A DNA stretch of 64,000 bases. Source: Gammaproteobacteria bacterium (GTDB lineage: Bacteria; Pseudomonadota; Gammaproteobacteria; UBA4575). The notes beneath the pieces were generated by a model. It saw only the letters and a program-made list of their open reading frames with translations. It did not search any database and was not told the origin of the DNA. Position 1 is the stretch's first letter, and every line of letters begins with the position of its first letter. Location of the stretch: positions 258,482 through 322,481 of the forward strand of contig OZ243969.1 in assembly GCA_965214675.1 (NCBI GenBank), given 5' to 3'. Position numbers and translations under genes: made by a program. Below are positions 9,770-19,586 of this stretch, piece by piece.

Positions 9770-10795
9770 GTGTCGTATACCCTTGCAAATTTATCCGAGT
9801 TAACGGCAACCGAGGTAGTTGGCGACCCCGACTGTGAAATTGACCGTGTCGACAGCCTGATGCATGCTACAGAGGGTGCCATTACCTTTCTGGCTGACCC
9901 GAAGCTGAAACAGCACCTGAAGCAAACCCGTGCATCTGCGGTGATCCTGAAAAAGGAACATCTGGACAGTTGCCCGGGCAACGCATTGGTCACGGAAAAT
10001 CCCTATCTCATATTTGCCCAGGTGGCCAGCTTGCTCAACCCTGTGCCGACACACGAGCCCGGCATACATCCCACTGCCGTTGTTTCAGCAAGTGCCACGT
10101 TGGGTGAGGGTTGCTACATGGGTCCCGGCAGCGTCATTGATGATGATTGTGTGATCGGGAATAATGCTTACATCGGCCCAAACTGCTGTCTGCATGCAGC
10201 CTGTGTGATCGGTGAAGATTCCCGTCTCACCAGCCAGGTCACCCTGTGTGAAAAGACTGTACTGGGAAAACGCGTGATCATTCACCCGGGTGTCATCGTT
10301 GGGAGCGACGGCTTCGGTTTGGCCAGCGAAGGCGACAAGTGGTTCAAGATTCCGCAACTGGGCTGTGTACGTATTGGAGACGATGTGGAGATTGGCGCCA
10401 ATACCACGATTGATTGCGGTGCCTTGGGAGACACAATACTTGAGGAGGGCGTAAAACTTGACAACCAGATCCAGGTCGCGCACAACGTCAGGATTGGCGC
10501 CCATACTGTCATTGCCGGATGCACAGGAATATCCGGCAGTACTACGATTGGCAAATTTTGCAAGATTGGCGGGGCAGTTGCGATTGGAGGACATCTCCAG
10601 ATCGCCGATCATGTCACGCTGGGTGGAATGTCGCGGGTAGGCCAATCCATTGAAAAAGCAGGGACCTATGTTTCCGGAACGCCAGTGCAGCCGTATAGGA
10701 AATGGCTGCGCAGTTCTGTGTTGTTCAAGAAGCTCGGGGAACTGGCAGACCGGATCAACAAACTGGAAGAGCAAAACAGGTCAGGTGAATCATGA
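9770..10795 (+). CDS. lpxD: UDP-3-O-(3-hydroxyacyl)glucosamine N-acyltransferase
   Basis: Left-handed beta-helix hexapeptide repeats. N-terminal region ...ITFLADPKLKQHLKQTRASAVIL matches LpxD. The ORF is open from 9620, overlapping skp, so GTG 9770 just after the skp stop is the likelier start. Confidence 0.85.
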   Translation: MSYTLANLSELTATEVVGDPDCEIDRVDSLMHATEGAITFLADPKLKQHLKQTRASAVILKKEHLDSCPGNALVTENPYLIFAQVASLLNPVPTHEPGIHPTAVVSASATLGEGCYMGPGSVIDDDCVIGNNAYIGPNCCLHAACVIGEDSRLTSQVTLCEKTVLGKRVIIHPGVIVGSDGFGLASEGDKWFKIPQLGCVRIGDDVEIGANTTIDCGALGDTILEEGVKLDNQIQVAHNVRIGAHTVIAGCTGISGSTTIGKFCKIGGAVAIGGHLQIADHVTLGGMSRVGQSIEKAGTYVSGTPVQPYRKWLRSSVLFKKLGELADRINKLEEQNRSGES

Positions 10796-11244
10796 CTGAG
10801 ATGAGCGTTCATGAAATTTTGAAGTACCTGCCTCACCGGTATCCGTTTCTACTGGTGGACCGGGTGCTTGAGTGCAAGATGGGGGAATCCATTCTGGCAC
10901 TGAAAAATGTCAGCTATAACGAGCCATTCTTCCAGGGCCATTTCCCGGGTGCGCCTGTAATGCCGGGTGTACTGATCCTTGAAGCACTGGCACAGACTGC
11001 CGGCTTGCTGGCACTCAGCAACCCTGAGTGGCGTCCAGATGATGACAGCCTGTACCTGTTTGTTGGCATTAACAAGGCGCGTTTCAAACAACAGGTCGGG
11101 CCGGGGGATCAGTTGCTCTTGGATGTACGCCTGATCCGGCACAAGCGCGACTACGGCGTGTTTGACGTCAAGGCATCAGTGGGTGAGGAGGTTGCCACAA
11201 CGGCAGAGCTGATGTGTGTCTTCAAGAGTGTGGATACCAAGTGA
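10792..11244 (+). CDS. fabZ: 3-hydroxyacyl-[ACP] dehydratase FabZ
   Basis: LPHRYPFLLVDRV and the hot-dog fold active-site region FFQGHFPGAPVMPGVLILEALAQ. Confidence 0.92.
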   Translation: MTEMSVHEILKYLPHRYPFLLVDRVLECKMGESILALKNVSYNEPFFQGHFPGAPVMPGVLILEALAQTAGLLALSNPEWRPDDDSLYLFVGINKARFKQQVGPGDQLLLDVRLIRHKRDYGVFDVKASVGEEVATTAELMCVFKSVDTK

Positions 11245-11252
11245 GCTAGGCC

Positions 11253-12053
11253 ATGTCTTCGGCAAGGGTAAGCGAAACAAATCAAATTCACGCGACTGCA
11301 ATCGTTAATCGTGCAGCACACCTGGACAGCAATGTTTCTGTAGGCCCGTATTCTGTCATCGGGCCCAAGGTACGTATTGGCAAAGATACCTGGATAGGAC
11401 CGCACGTGGTGATCACAGGCTCGACGACCATCGGTCCGGGAAACCGCATCTTCCAGTTTTCCTCGATAGGAGAATTACCGCAAGACAAAAAATACAGGGG
11501 CGAGCCCAGTGAACTGATTATTGGTCGTGACAATACGATTCGGGAATACGTCACCATCAATTCGGGTACTGAACTCGGCCAGGGCCACACCAGAATAGGT
11601 AACCGTAACTGGATCATGGCCTATGTCCACATTGCCCACGACTGTACGGTGGGCGATGATACTGTATTTGCGAACGGTTCAACGCTGGCGGGTCATGTTG
11701 AGGTTGAAAATCATGCCACCCTGGGGGGCTTTACCCTGGTTCATCAGTTTTGCCGCATCGGAGCGCATTCTTTTTGTGCCATGGGTACGGCCTTGAACAA
11801 GGATCTTCCTCCCTATGTGATGGCTTCTGGGAAATTTGCCGTCACGCATGGACTGAACAAGGTGGGCCTGCAGCGCCAGGGGTTCTCGAAAGAATGCATC
11901 CTGGCCCTGCATCAATCCTATCGGTTGCTGTTTCGTAACAAAGGCTCACGAAGTGAAAATCTCCCGCAGGTGGAAGCGCTGGCTGAGAAATTTCCCGAGG
12001 TCCGGAACTTCCTGGAATTCATCACGACCAGCAAAAGAGGGATCGTGCCGTAG
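11253..12053 (+). CDS. lpxA: acyl-ACP--UDP-GlcNAc O-acyltransferase
   Basis: Hexapeptide-repeat protein of 266 aa with conserved lpxD-fabZ-lpxA order. Confidence 0.9.
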   Translation: MSSARVSETNQIHATAIVNRAAHLDSNVSVGPYSVIGPKVRIGKDTWIGPHVVITGSTTIGPGNRIFQFSSIGELPQDKKYRGEPSELIIGRDNTIREYVTINSGTELGQGHTRIGNRNWIMAYVHIAHDCTVGDDTVFANGSTLAGHVEVENHATLGGFTLVHQFCRIGAHSFCAMGTALNKDLPPYVMASGKFAVTHGLNKVGLQRQGFSKECILALHQSYRLLFRNKGSRSENLPQVEALAEKFPEVRNFLEFITTSKRGIVP

Positions 12054-12059
12054 ACCTCA

Positions 12060-13214
12060 TTACTCGCTGGACGTGATCAGCTGGGCTGCAAGCCTTGCCG
12101 CTTCAGCGGAACCATCTTTCCCCCCAAGTGCTTCCCGGATACTGCCCATCTCTGCAATCATTGCAGCCGTGTAAGACGCGTCTGAAAGCAGTTTCTCCAG
12201 TTCCTGGACAATGTTGTCCGGGGTCGCCTCGTGCTGGATCAGCTCCCTGCTGATCTCCTTGTTGGCAATGACATTGGCGATACCAGCATAAGTGAAGTTT
12301 ACAAGTCGGCTGAGAATCCAGTAGGAGATTGGCGAGAGCTTGTAGATGATCAGCATGGGCGTCTGCATGAGAGTGATCTGCAAGGTCACCGTACCCGAAG
12401 TCGCAGCAATAACATCACAGGCGTTGATCACGTCGTAAATGCCGGCTGTGCTGATCGTGATATCTGCCTGCAGGTCGCTTGCAAAGCGTTGCACGAAATC
12501 TACAGACAGCGTGGATGCGACCGGTACAACGAACTGGACATCCGGGCGTTTGAATGCAAGCTTGCCTGCTGCCTGAATCAGGGTCGGGAAATTATATTCG
12601 ACCTCACTCGCACGACTTCCGGGAAAGAGGCCAACCAGTTTTTTATCAGAAGAGATTCGGTGCGCCTTCAGAAAAGCATCCTTGTCCATGCTCGGGTGCG
12701 CGTCCTCAACCAGTGGATGGCCGACGTACTCCACGGGAACACCCGCATCCCGGTAAAAGTTCTCTTCGAACGGGAATACGGTGGCCATCTTGTCCACGCA
12801 TTTTCTGATCACCCGTATCCGGGATGAGCGCCATGCCCAGATTTGTGGACTGACGTAGTACATGACCTTGGTACGGCTGCGTGCAGCCTGTTTGGCAAGC
12901 CGCAAATTGAAATCCGGCGAATCGATCAGTACCAGTACATCCGGACGGATGCGCTTCAATTCGCGTTTCATTCTGTTCAGGATATTCAGAAGACGCGGGT
13001 AGTGCCTGATCACCTCAACGAGCCCGATCACGGAGAGTTCCGAGACATCTGCCAGAATGTGCACGCCTGCCTGGCGCATGTGATCCCCACCGAGGCCGTA
13101 ACAGGTAATGTCGGGAAAGATTTTCTTCAGTTCAACGGCCAGCCTCGCGCCGTACAGGTCCCCTGAAGCCTCTCCGGCGACCACCATCACACAGGGGCCC
13201 CGGCCTTCAGCCAT
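12060..13214 (-). CDS. lpxB: lipid-A-disaccharide synthase
   Basis: N-terminus VMVVAGEASGDLYGARL is the LpxB signature; 384 aa. It is convergent with lpxA (7-bp gap) rather than collinear. Confidence 0.9.
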   Translation of the reverse strand: MAEGRGPCVMVVAGEASGDLYGARLAVELKKIFPDITCYGLGGDHMRQAGVHILADVSELSVIGLVEVIRHYPRLLNILNRMKRELKRIRPDVLVLIDSPDFNLRLAKQAARSRTKVMYYVSPQIWAWRSSRIRVIRKCVDKMATVFPFEENFYRDAGVPVEYVGHPLVEDAHPSMDKDAFLKAHRISSDKKLVGLFPGSRASEVEYNFPTLIQAAGKLAFKRPDVQFVVPVASTLSVDFVQRFASDLQADITISTAGIYDVINACDVIAATSGTVTLQITLMQTPMLIIYKLSPISYWILSRLVNFTYAGIANVIANKEISRELIQHEATPDNIVQELEKLLSDASYTAAMIAEMGSIREALGGKDGSAEAARLAAQLITSSE

Positions 13215-14304
13215 CGTGGGCCCGTCTTATCGCATCCACGACAGATTCGATCTGGGAGGGGGATATTTCCGGGAACATGGGTAGCGAAAGGCACTGCATG
13301 CACACGGTGTCCGTATGGGGCAGTTCCAATGACCTGGAGATCCCTGAAAAGGCCTTCTGATTTCCCAGGGGTTCAGGGTAGTAAATGGCATGCCCGATCT
13401 GGTTCTTGTGCAGCTGCTCGATAATGGCGTCGCGTCCAGCACTGAGGATGGTGTACTGGTGGAATACGTGGGACAGGTCCTGGGGTGGGCGGGGCGCCTG
13501 CAAAGGCAATGCGTCAAGCATGCGGGTGTAGTGCCTGGCTGCATCAATCCGTTGCCGGTTAAAGGTATCCACATGCCTGAGCTTGACTCTCAATATGGCG
13601 GCCTGGATCTCATCCAGGCGGCTGTTCCAGCCAAGTACCTCGTGGACGTTGCGGGCCGTACTGCCATGGTTTTTCAGCAAGGTGAACTTTTTTGCCAATG
13701 CATCGCAGTCGGTGGTAAAAAGACCGCCGTCTCCATACCCTCCCAGGTTCTTGCTGGGAAAGAAACTGAAGCAGCCTGCATCCCCCAGGGCACCCGTAGC
13801 CTTTCCATTCACTCGCGCCCCGAAGGACTGCGCGCAGTCTTCGATGACCTGCAGTCCACGGCGTTGTGCAAGGCGGCTGATGGGGGCCATGTCCGCCGCC
13901 TGGCCAAACAGGTGCACGGGCAGGATGGCGCGTGTCCGGTCTGTGATGGCGGGCTCAATGGATTCGGCCGAGATATTGAACGTGACGGGGTCGATATCGA
14001 CGAATACCGCACTCGCCCCCACATGACCGATGGCCTCGGCCGTTGCGGCAAAGCTGAACGGCGTCGTGATGACCTCATCCCCCGGTCCAATATTGCAGGC
14101 ACGCAGGGCCAGGTGCAGGGCATCACTTCCCGAGTTGCATGAGATTGCATGCTTGACGCCCAGATAATCGGCGGCTTCTGCCTCAAACTGTTGCACGTTG
14201 GTGCCCTGTATGAACTGGGTGCTGGCCAGCACCTCGCCGATGCCGGCGTCGATTTCTTCACGCAACTTGGCATATTGCAATTTCAGGTCCAGCATCGGGA
14301 TCAT
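13207..14304 (-). CDS. DegT/DnrJ/EryC1/StrS-family PLP-dependent aminotransferase, GnnB-like (candidate UDP-3-keto-GlcNAc transaminase)
   Basis: MIPMLDLKLQYAKLREEIDAGIGEVL... is a typical DegT N-terminus with a PLP-lysine region. The ORF is open from 14427, but the family start aligns to ATG 14304. There is an 8-bp overlap with the lpxB start. Confidence 0.8.
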   Translation of the reverse strand: MIPMLDLKLQYAKLREEIDAGIGEVLASTQFIQGTNVQQFEAEAADYLGVKHAISCNSGSDALHLALRACNIGPGDEVITTPFSFAATAEAIGHVGASAVFVDIDPVTFNISAESIEPAITDRTRAILPVHLFGQAADMAPISRLAQRRGLQVIEDCAQSFGARVNGKATGALGDAGCFSFFPSKNLGGYGDGGLFTTDCDALAKKFTLLKNHGSTARNVHEVLGWNSRLDEIQAAILRVKLRHVDTFNRQRIDAARHYTRMLDALPLQAPRPPQDLSHVFHQYTILSAGRDAIIEQLHKNQIGHAIYYPEPLGNQKAFSGISRSLELPHTDTVCMQCLSLPMFPEISPSQIESVVDAIRRAHDG

Positions 14305-14333
14305 GACAGGAAACTCCGGGTGAAAGTCTTGAA

Positions 14334-15268
14334 CTACGTCAGTTGCTCGCTGATCAGGATTGCTGTCTGCAAGGCACGCTTGCCGTCGAGCCCACTGACC
14401 TTGGGCACGGCCCCGTTCGCGATGCAACCCAGAAAGTTCTCAATTTCGGCCAGCAGTGCATCGTTTTCCTCGCAGCGAATCTTCTGCACGTCGATGTTTG
14501 GTACTCCGGGATACATTTCCTGCTCACCTTTGCGGTAGACGGCAAGTTCGTGGTTTTGAAAATCCACGGAGAGGTAGGCGTCATTCTGGAAAATACGCAT
14601 TTTGCGGTCCGTCGTGGTGCTCACCCGACTGGCGGTCACATTGGCCACGCACCCGTTTTTGAAAGTGATCCGGGCATTGGCGATGTCGATATCATCGGAC
14701 AGCACCGGCGTGCCCTTGGCGTCAATCCTGTCAACATCAGAGTTGACAATTTCCAGGATGATGTCGATATCATGGATCATCAGGTCGAGCACGACGTTGA
14801 CCTCGGTTCCGCGGATCTTGTATGGAGAGAGACGGTGGCACTCGATGAAGCGGGCTTCACCCAGCTGCTCCTCAAGGGCCACAATCGCAGGGTTAAAGCG
14901 CTCCAGGTGTCCTACCTGCAGTACACGGCCATGTTCGCGTGCCAGTGCAATCAGGGTATCTGCCTGTTTCAGCGAGGCCGTCATCGGTTTTTCAACGAGC
15001 ACGTGGGACTTGTGACAAAGAAAATCCTGGGCGATTTCAAAGTGCAGGTCGGTAGGCACGGCGATACTGACTGCATCCACCTGGCCAAGCAGTTCGCGGT
15101 AATCCGCTACCGCTGTACAGGAGGTGGCTGCTGCGATTTCCTGTGCTTTCCCGTAGTCCTTGTCGGCAACGGCCGTTAATGCGCTGTTTTGCAGCTGAAA
15201 AAATTTTTGCGCATGAAACTTGCCTAAATGACCGACACCAATGACCGCAGTTTGTATCTCTGGCACTT
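14334..15268 (-). CDS. Gfo/Idh/MocA-family NAD-dependent oxidoreductase, GnnA-like (candidate UDP-GlcNAc 3-dehydrogenase)
   Basis: Rossmann motif AVIGVGHLGKFHA at the N-terminus with the C-terminal Gfo/Idh/MocA domain. The likely GTG start is at 15268; the ORF is open to TTG 15362. It is immediately upstream of, and co-directional with, the aminotransferase and lpxB. Confidence 0.78.
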
Positions 15269-15365
15269 TATTTCCAGTATCCTCTACACAGGTGTGCAGT
15301 ATACAAGTTTGTGTGCTGGCCACTAACCCTTTACTTGCGCAAAGCTGATTAGTTTTAGTCAATCA

Positions 15366-16025
15366 TTGTTGGTCAAAGAAAACACACACCCGTTGGATCC
15401 TGTTGCCGGAATTGATGAGGCAGGGAGAGGTTCGTTGGCCGGACCAGTGGTTGCAGCCGCCGTCGTTTTGCACCCGAACCGCGACATCGGCGGACTGCGG
15501 GACTCCAAAAAGCTCAACCCGGACAGACGCAAACGCCTGTACGAGGAGATCACATCAAAAGCGGTTTTCTGGGGCATCGGGCGCGCGACAGCGGCCGAAA
15601 TCGATGAACTGAATATCCACCATGCGACACTGCTTGCCATGACACGTGCCTGGGAAGCCATGCCCATCCGGGTGGACAAGGTTCTGGTTGACGGTTTGTA
15701 TTGTCCGGAACTTGTCGCCTCGTGCAAGGCGGTCGTCAAGGGGGACCAGACGGTGCCCGTGATCAGCGCAGCCTCGATCCTGGCAAAAGTGACACGTGAT
15801 GAGGAAATGCTGGGCTATCACGCTGCCTATCCCAGGTATGGATTTGACCAGCACAAGGGCTATCCGACTGCTGGTCATCTGGCCGCCCTGCATGATCACG
15901 GAGCCTCCGACCTGCATCGCAAAAGCTACCGGCCGGTCCGCGATGCCCGTCAAATTGAGGCGGGCGATTCGAAGCGCCTGGGTCCATCACCCCGGCCATG
16001 CGGCAAGTCCGTTCCAATCACGTAG
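15366..16025 (+). CDS. rnhB: ribonuclease HII
   Basis: VAGIDEAGRGSLAGPVVAAAVVL is the RNase HII active-site N-terminus, in the conserved lpxB-rnhB-dnaE context. The start is probably TTG; no ATG or GTG is available in frame. Confidence 0.85.
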   Translation: MLVKENTHPLDPVAGIDEAGRGSLAGPVVAAAVVLHPNRDIGGLRDSKKLNPDRRKRLYEEITSKAVFWGIGRATAAEIDELNIHHATLLAMTRAWEAMPIRVDKVLVDGLYCPELVASCKAVVKGDQTVPVISAASILAKVTRDEEMLGYHAAYPRYGFDQHKGYPTAGHLAALHDHGASDLHRKSYRPVRDARQIEAGDSKRLGPSPRPCGKSVPIT

Positions 16026-16034
16026 CACGTCACC

Positions 16035-19000
16035 ATGGGACAATTCGTACACTTGCACCTGCACACCGAGTATTCGCTCGTGGACAGTATCGTGCGCATA
16101 CCCGACCTCATGAAAGCGGTGCGCCAGCAGGGCATGGCAGCCGTCACCCTGACCGATGTCAACAACCTGTTTGCTCTGGTTAAATTCTACCGTGCCGCCG
16201 TGCACAACGGCATCAAACCCATTATTGGCCTGGAAGCACGCGTATCCGGACTGACGCCCGATGAACCGGATTCCTCCCTGGTTTTCCTGTGCAAGAACAA
16301 CGCGGGATACGAGGCATTAAGTCGACTGCTTACCCGGGCCTATCTTGAAAGCGAGCATGTCAGCGGTCCGGTGTTACAGCGCAGCTGGCTGGAAGAGGCA
16401 AGTGATCATCTGATTGTACTGTCGGGTGCCAGGGATGGAGACGTCGGCAAGGCCCTGCTCGCAGGAGACCAGCGCCTGGCACACGCGCATGCCGATTTCT
16501 GGGGCTCGCGGTTTACCGATAATTACTATATCGAGTTGCAGCGCACCGGGCGCGGCGAAGAGGATCTGTACCTGGATGAAGCGATGGAACTGGCAGGTAA
16601 ATTTTCACTGCCGGTGGTGGCCAGCAATGACGTGAGATTCCTGTTCCAGCAGGATTTTGAAGCCCACGAGGCACGTGTCTGTATCCAGACAGGCTGCATA
16701 CTGGAGGATACACGCAGGCCGCACCTGTATTCGGATCAGCAGTATCTGCGCAGTGCACAGGAGATGGCCGACCTCTTTTCGGATATCCCTGAAGCCATCG
16801 TCAATAGCGTCGAGCTCGCCAAACGCTGCAACGTAACGCTGACCTTCGGGGAAAGTGTGCTTCCCAATTTCCCGATACCGGACGGCCTTGCCCCGCAGGT
16901 ATTCATCAGGCAGGAAGCAGAAATGGGGCTGAAAGAGCGTCTGCAGAAAACCGATTCCGACAGCCTGTCTGCAGGCGCCGGCTATACGGAGCGTCTGCAC
17001 AGCGAGCTGGAAGTCATCAATTCGATGGGCTATGCAGGGTATTTTCTCATCGTCGCGGATTTTATCCGGTGGGCCAAGAAAAATGCCATTCCGGTCGGTC
17101 CCGGAAGAGGCTCGGGTGCAGGTTCCCTGGTTTCCTACGCACTGGGCATCACGGACATCGACCCCTTGCAGTACGACCTGCTGTTTGAGCGGTTTCTGAA
17201 TCCCGAACGCATCTCCATGCCGGATTTTGACATTGATTTTTGCATGTCAAACCGGGATCGCGTGATTGAGTATGTGGCACAGCAGTATGGGCAGTCCCAC
17301 GTCAGCCAGATCATCACGTACGGCAGCATGGCGGCACGCGCCGTGGTACGCGATGTCGGCCGTGTGCTCGGCTACCCGTACGGATTCATCGACCGTATTG
17401 CCAAGTTGATCCCGTTTGAGGTCGGCATGACTTTAGACAAGGCGCTGCAGCGCGAGCCGGCATTGCAGGAGCAGTATGAGGGTGAAGAGGAAGTGCGTGC
17501 CATCCTGGACATGTCAAAGACCCTGGAAGGACTGGTGCGCAATGCCAGCAAGCATGCCGGTGGCGTGGTGATCGCACCGTCCGAACTCACTGAATTTACC
17601 CCGTTGTACTGTGAGGCCGGGGGCACCAATGTCGTCACCCAGCTGGACAAGGATGATGTGGAGGCGATTGGTCTCGTGAAATTTGATTTCCTGGGGCTTC
17701 GTACGCTCACGATCATCGACAACACGGTGCGCATGGCCAATGCGAAGCTCCGCAGGCTGGGTGAGTCGGTTTTCAGTATTGATGCAATACCGCTGGATGA
17801 TGCTGGTGCCTACGAGACGCTCAAACAAAGACAAACCACGGCCGTGTTCCAGCTCGAATCAAGTGGCGTCAGGGACATCATCAAAAGACTGCGCCCGGAC
17901 AATTTCAACGACATTGTCGCGCTGGTTGCGCTGTACCGTCCCGGCCCGCTGCAATCGGGGATGGTAGAAGACTACATCCAACGCAAGCATGGTGCTCGGG
18001 TCGATTATTTCCATCCCGACCTGGAGCCGGTTCTCAGGCAAACCTATGGCGTGATCCTGTACCAGGAGCAGGTCATGCAGATCGCCCAGGTGCTGGCCGG
18101 GTATACCCTCGGCAGTGCGGATATCCTGAGGCGTGCCATGGGCAAGAAAAAACCCGAAGAAATGGCGCAGCAGCGGGAAATTTTTGTCTCGGGCGCTGTC
18201 GAGCGCGGCGTTGACAAAAGAACAGCAGACCACATCTTTGACCTGATGGAGAAATTTGCCGGGTACGGGTTCAACAAATCCCACTCGGTGGCCTACGCGT
18301 TGCTCGCCTACCAGACCGTCTGGCTCAAAACCCACTTTCCTGCCGAGTTCATGTCATCGGTCATGTCTTCTGACATCGACAATACCGACAAGGTGGTGCA
18401 CCTGATAGATGAGTGCCGTGAGCTGGGCCTGGGTGTGGAGTCACCGGACATTAACAGCTCTCACTACGATTTCACCGTGCCGGATGACAGGACGATCCGC
18501 TATGGTCTGGGGGCCATCAAGGGGGTAGGGCGCGCCGCAGTGGAGCATATCGTGGCGCAGCGCGGACAGCAGGGCGACTATACCGACCTGAATGATTTCT
18601 GCCTGCGCCTGGATTCGCAAAAAGTTAACCGGCGCTGTATCGAAGCACTGATACGTGCAGGTGCGATGGATTGTTTCGGGCACACGAGAGCCAGCCTGTT
18701 CGCACACCTGGACAAGGCCGTGCGCCATGCCGACCGCCACCAGCGCGATCTCGATGCCGGACAAAACGACATGTTCGCCCAGGTCGATGCCAGCCATCAC
18801 GAACACAAGCCACAACTGCAAGCCATCGAGGAATGGGATGATGAGACCAAGCTATCCGGGGAACGTCAGACACTGGGCCTTTACCTGACCGGTCATCCGA
18901 TTACCTATTATCAGCAGGAATTGAACAGGATTACCAACAATACGGTAAAAGAGCTGCTGGACAACCGGGATCAGGCCCAGGTGCCAAGGAACGGGCCGAA

Positions 19001-19520
19001 TGCTGAGAGTGGAAAGGAAGTACTGGTGGCGGGGCTGGTGGACCAGATCCGTCTTCGCAACAGCGCCAAGGGACGCCTCGCATTCCTGACCATTGATGAT
19101 AATACGGGACGCATCGATGTTGCCGTCTTTGCAGGCGACTACGCGAAGTACAATCACCTGCTGGTCAAGGATGCTATCCTGATCATTCGGGGCAGCCTGG
19201 GGTGGGATGAATTCTCCGAGCGTGTCCGCGTTAGAGCCGATGAGATATGGAATTTTGGCGAGTACCTCAAGCAATTCGGCACGCTGCTGAATATTCGGGT
19301 CCGGCCACAAGGCGCATCCCCCTCTTTGGTACAGGACCTGCACCGGTACCTTCTGCCCTTCAAGAACGGGAAATGTTCCGTACATGTCGAATACGAAAGC
19401 CGTTGTGCAGTCGCGCGACTCGCGTTTCCAAAGGACTGGAGCATTTCCCTGGATGAGAAGCTGCTGCGCCAGCTGTCGCAGGTATCCGAGGTGTTGGGTA
19501 CAGATGTGGTGTACAAGTAG
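16035..19520 (+). CDS. dnaE: DNA polymerase III subunit alpha
   Basis: 1161 aa. The PHP-domain N-terminus is HLHLHTEYSLVDS, with a polymerase core and an OB-fold C-terminus. Confidence 0.95.
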   Translation: MGQFVHLHLHTEYSLVDSIVRIPDLMKAVRQQGMAAVTLTDVNNLFALVKFYRAAVHNGIKPIIGLEARVSGLTPDEPDSSLVFLCKNNAGYEALSRLLTRAYLESEHVSGPVLQRSWLEEASDHLIVLSGARDGDVGKALLAGDQRLAHAHADFWGSRFTDNYYIELQRTGRGEEDLYLDEAMELAGKFSLPVVASNDVRFLFQQDFEAHEARVCIQTGCILEDTRRPHLYSDQQYLRSAQEMADLFSDIPEAIVNSVELAKRCNVTLTFGESVLPNFPIPDGLAPQVFIRQEAEMGLKERLQKTDSDSLSAGAGYTERLHSELEVINSMGYAGYFLIVADFIRWAKKNAIPVGPGRGSGAGSLVSYALGITDIDPLQYDLLFERFLNPERISMPDFDIDFCMSNRDRVIEYVAQQYGQSHVSQIITYGSMAARAVVRDVGRVLGYPYGFIDRIAKLIPFEVGMTLDKALQREPALQEQYEGEEEVRAILDMSKTLEGLVRNASKHAGGVVIAPSELTEFTPLYCEAGGTNVVTQLDKDDVEAIGLVKFDFLGLRTLTIIDNTVRMANAKLRRLGESVFSIDAIPLDDAGAYETLKQRQTTAVFQLESSGVRDIIKRLRPDNFNDIVALVALYRPGPLQSGMVEDYIQRKHGARVDYFHPDLEPVLRQTYGVILYQEQVMQIAQVLAGYTLGSADILRRAMGKKKPEEMAQQREIFVSGAVERGVDKRTADHIFDLMEKFAGYGFNKSHSVAYALLAYQTVWLKTHFPAEFMSSVMSSDIDNTDKVVHLIDECRELGLGVESPDINSSHYDFTVPDDRTIRYGLGAIKGVGRAAVEHIVAQRGQQGDYTDLNDFCLRLDSQKVNRRCIEALIRAGAMDCFGHTRASLFAHLDKAVRHADRHQRDLDAGQNDMFAQVDASHHEHKPQLQAIEEWDDETKLSGERQTLGLYLTGHPITYYQQELNRITNNTVKELLDNRDQAQVPRNGPNAESGKEVLVAGLVDQIRLRNSAKGRLAFLTIDDNTGRIDVAVFAGDYAKYNHLLVKDAILIIRGSLGWDEFSERVRVRADEIWNFGEYLKQFGTLLNIRVRPQGASPSLVQDLHRYLLPFKNGKCSVHVEYESRCAVARLAFPKDWSISLDEKLLRQLSQVSEVLGTDVVYK

Positions 19521-19586
19521 CGGGTGATTCATGCATGATTGCGGATGTTTGCAGCACGGACACACAGACCTCGTTGAATTACTAGG

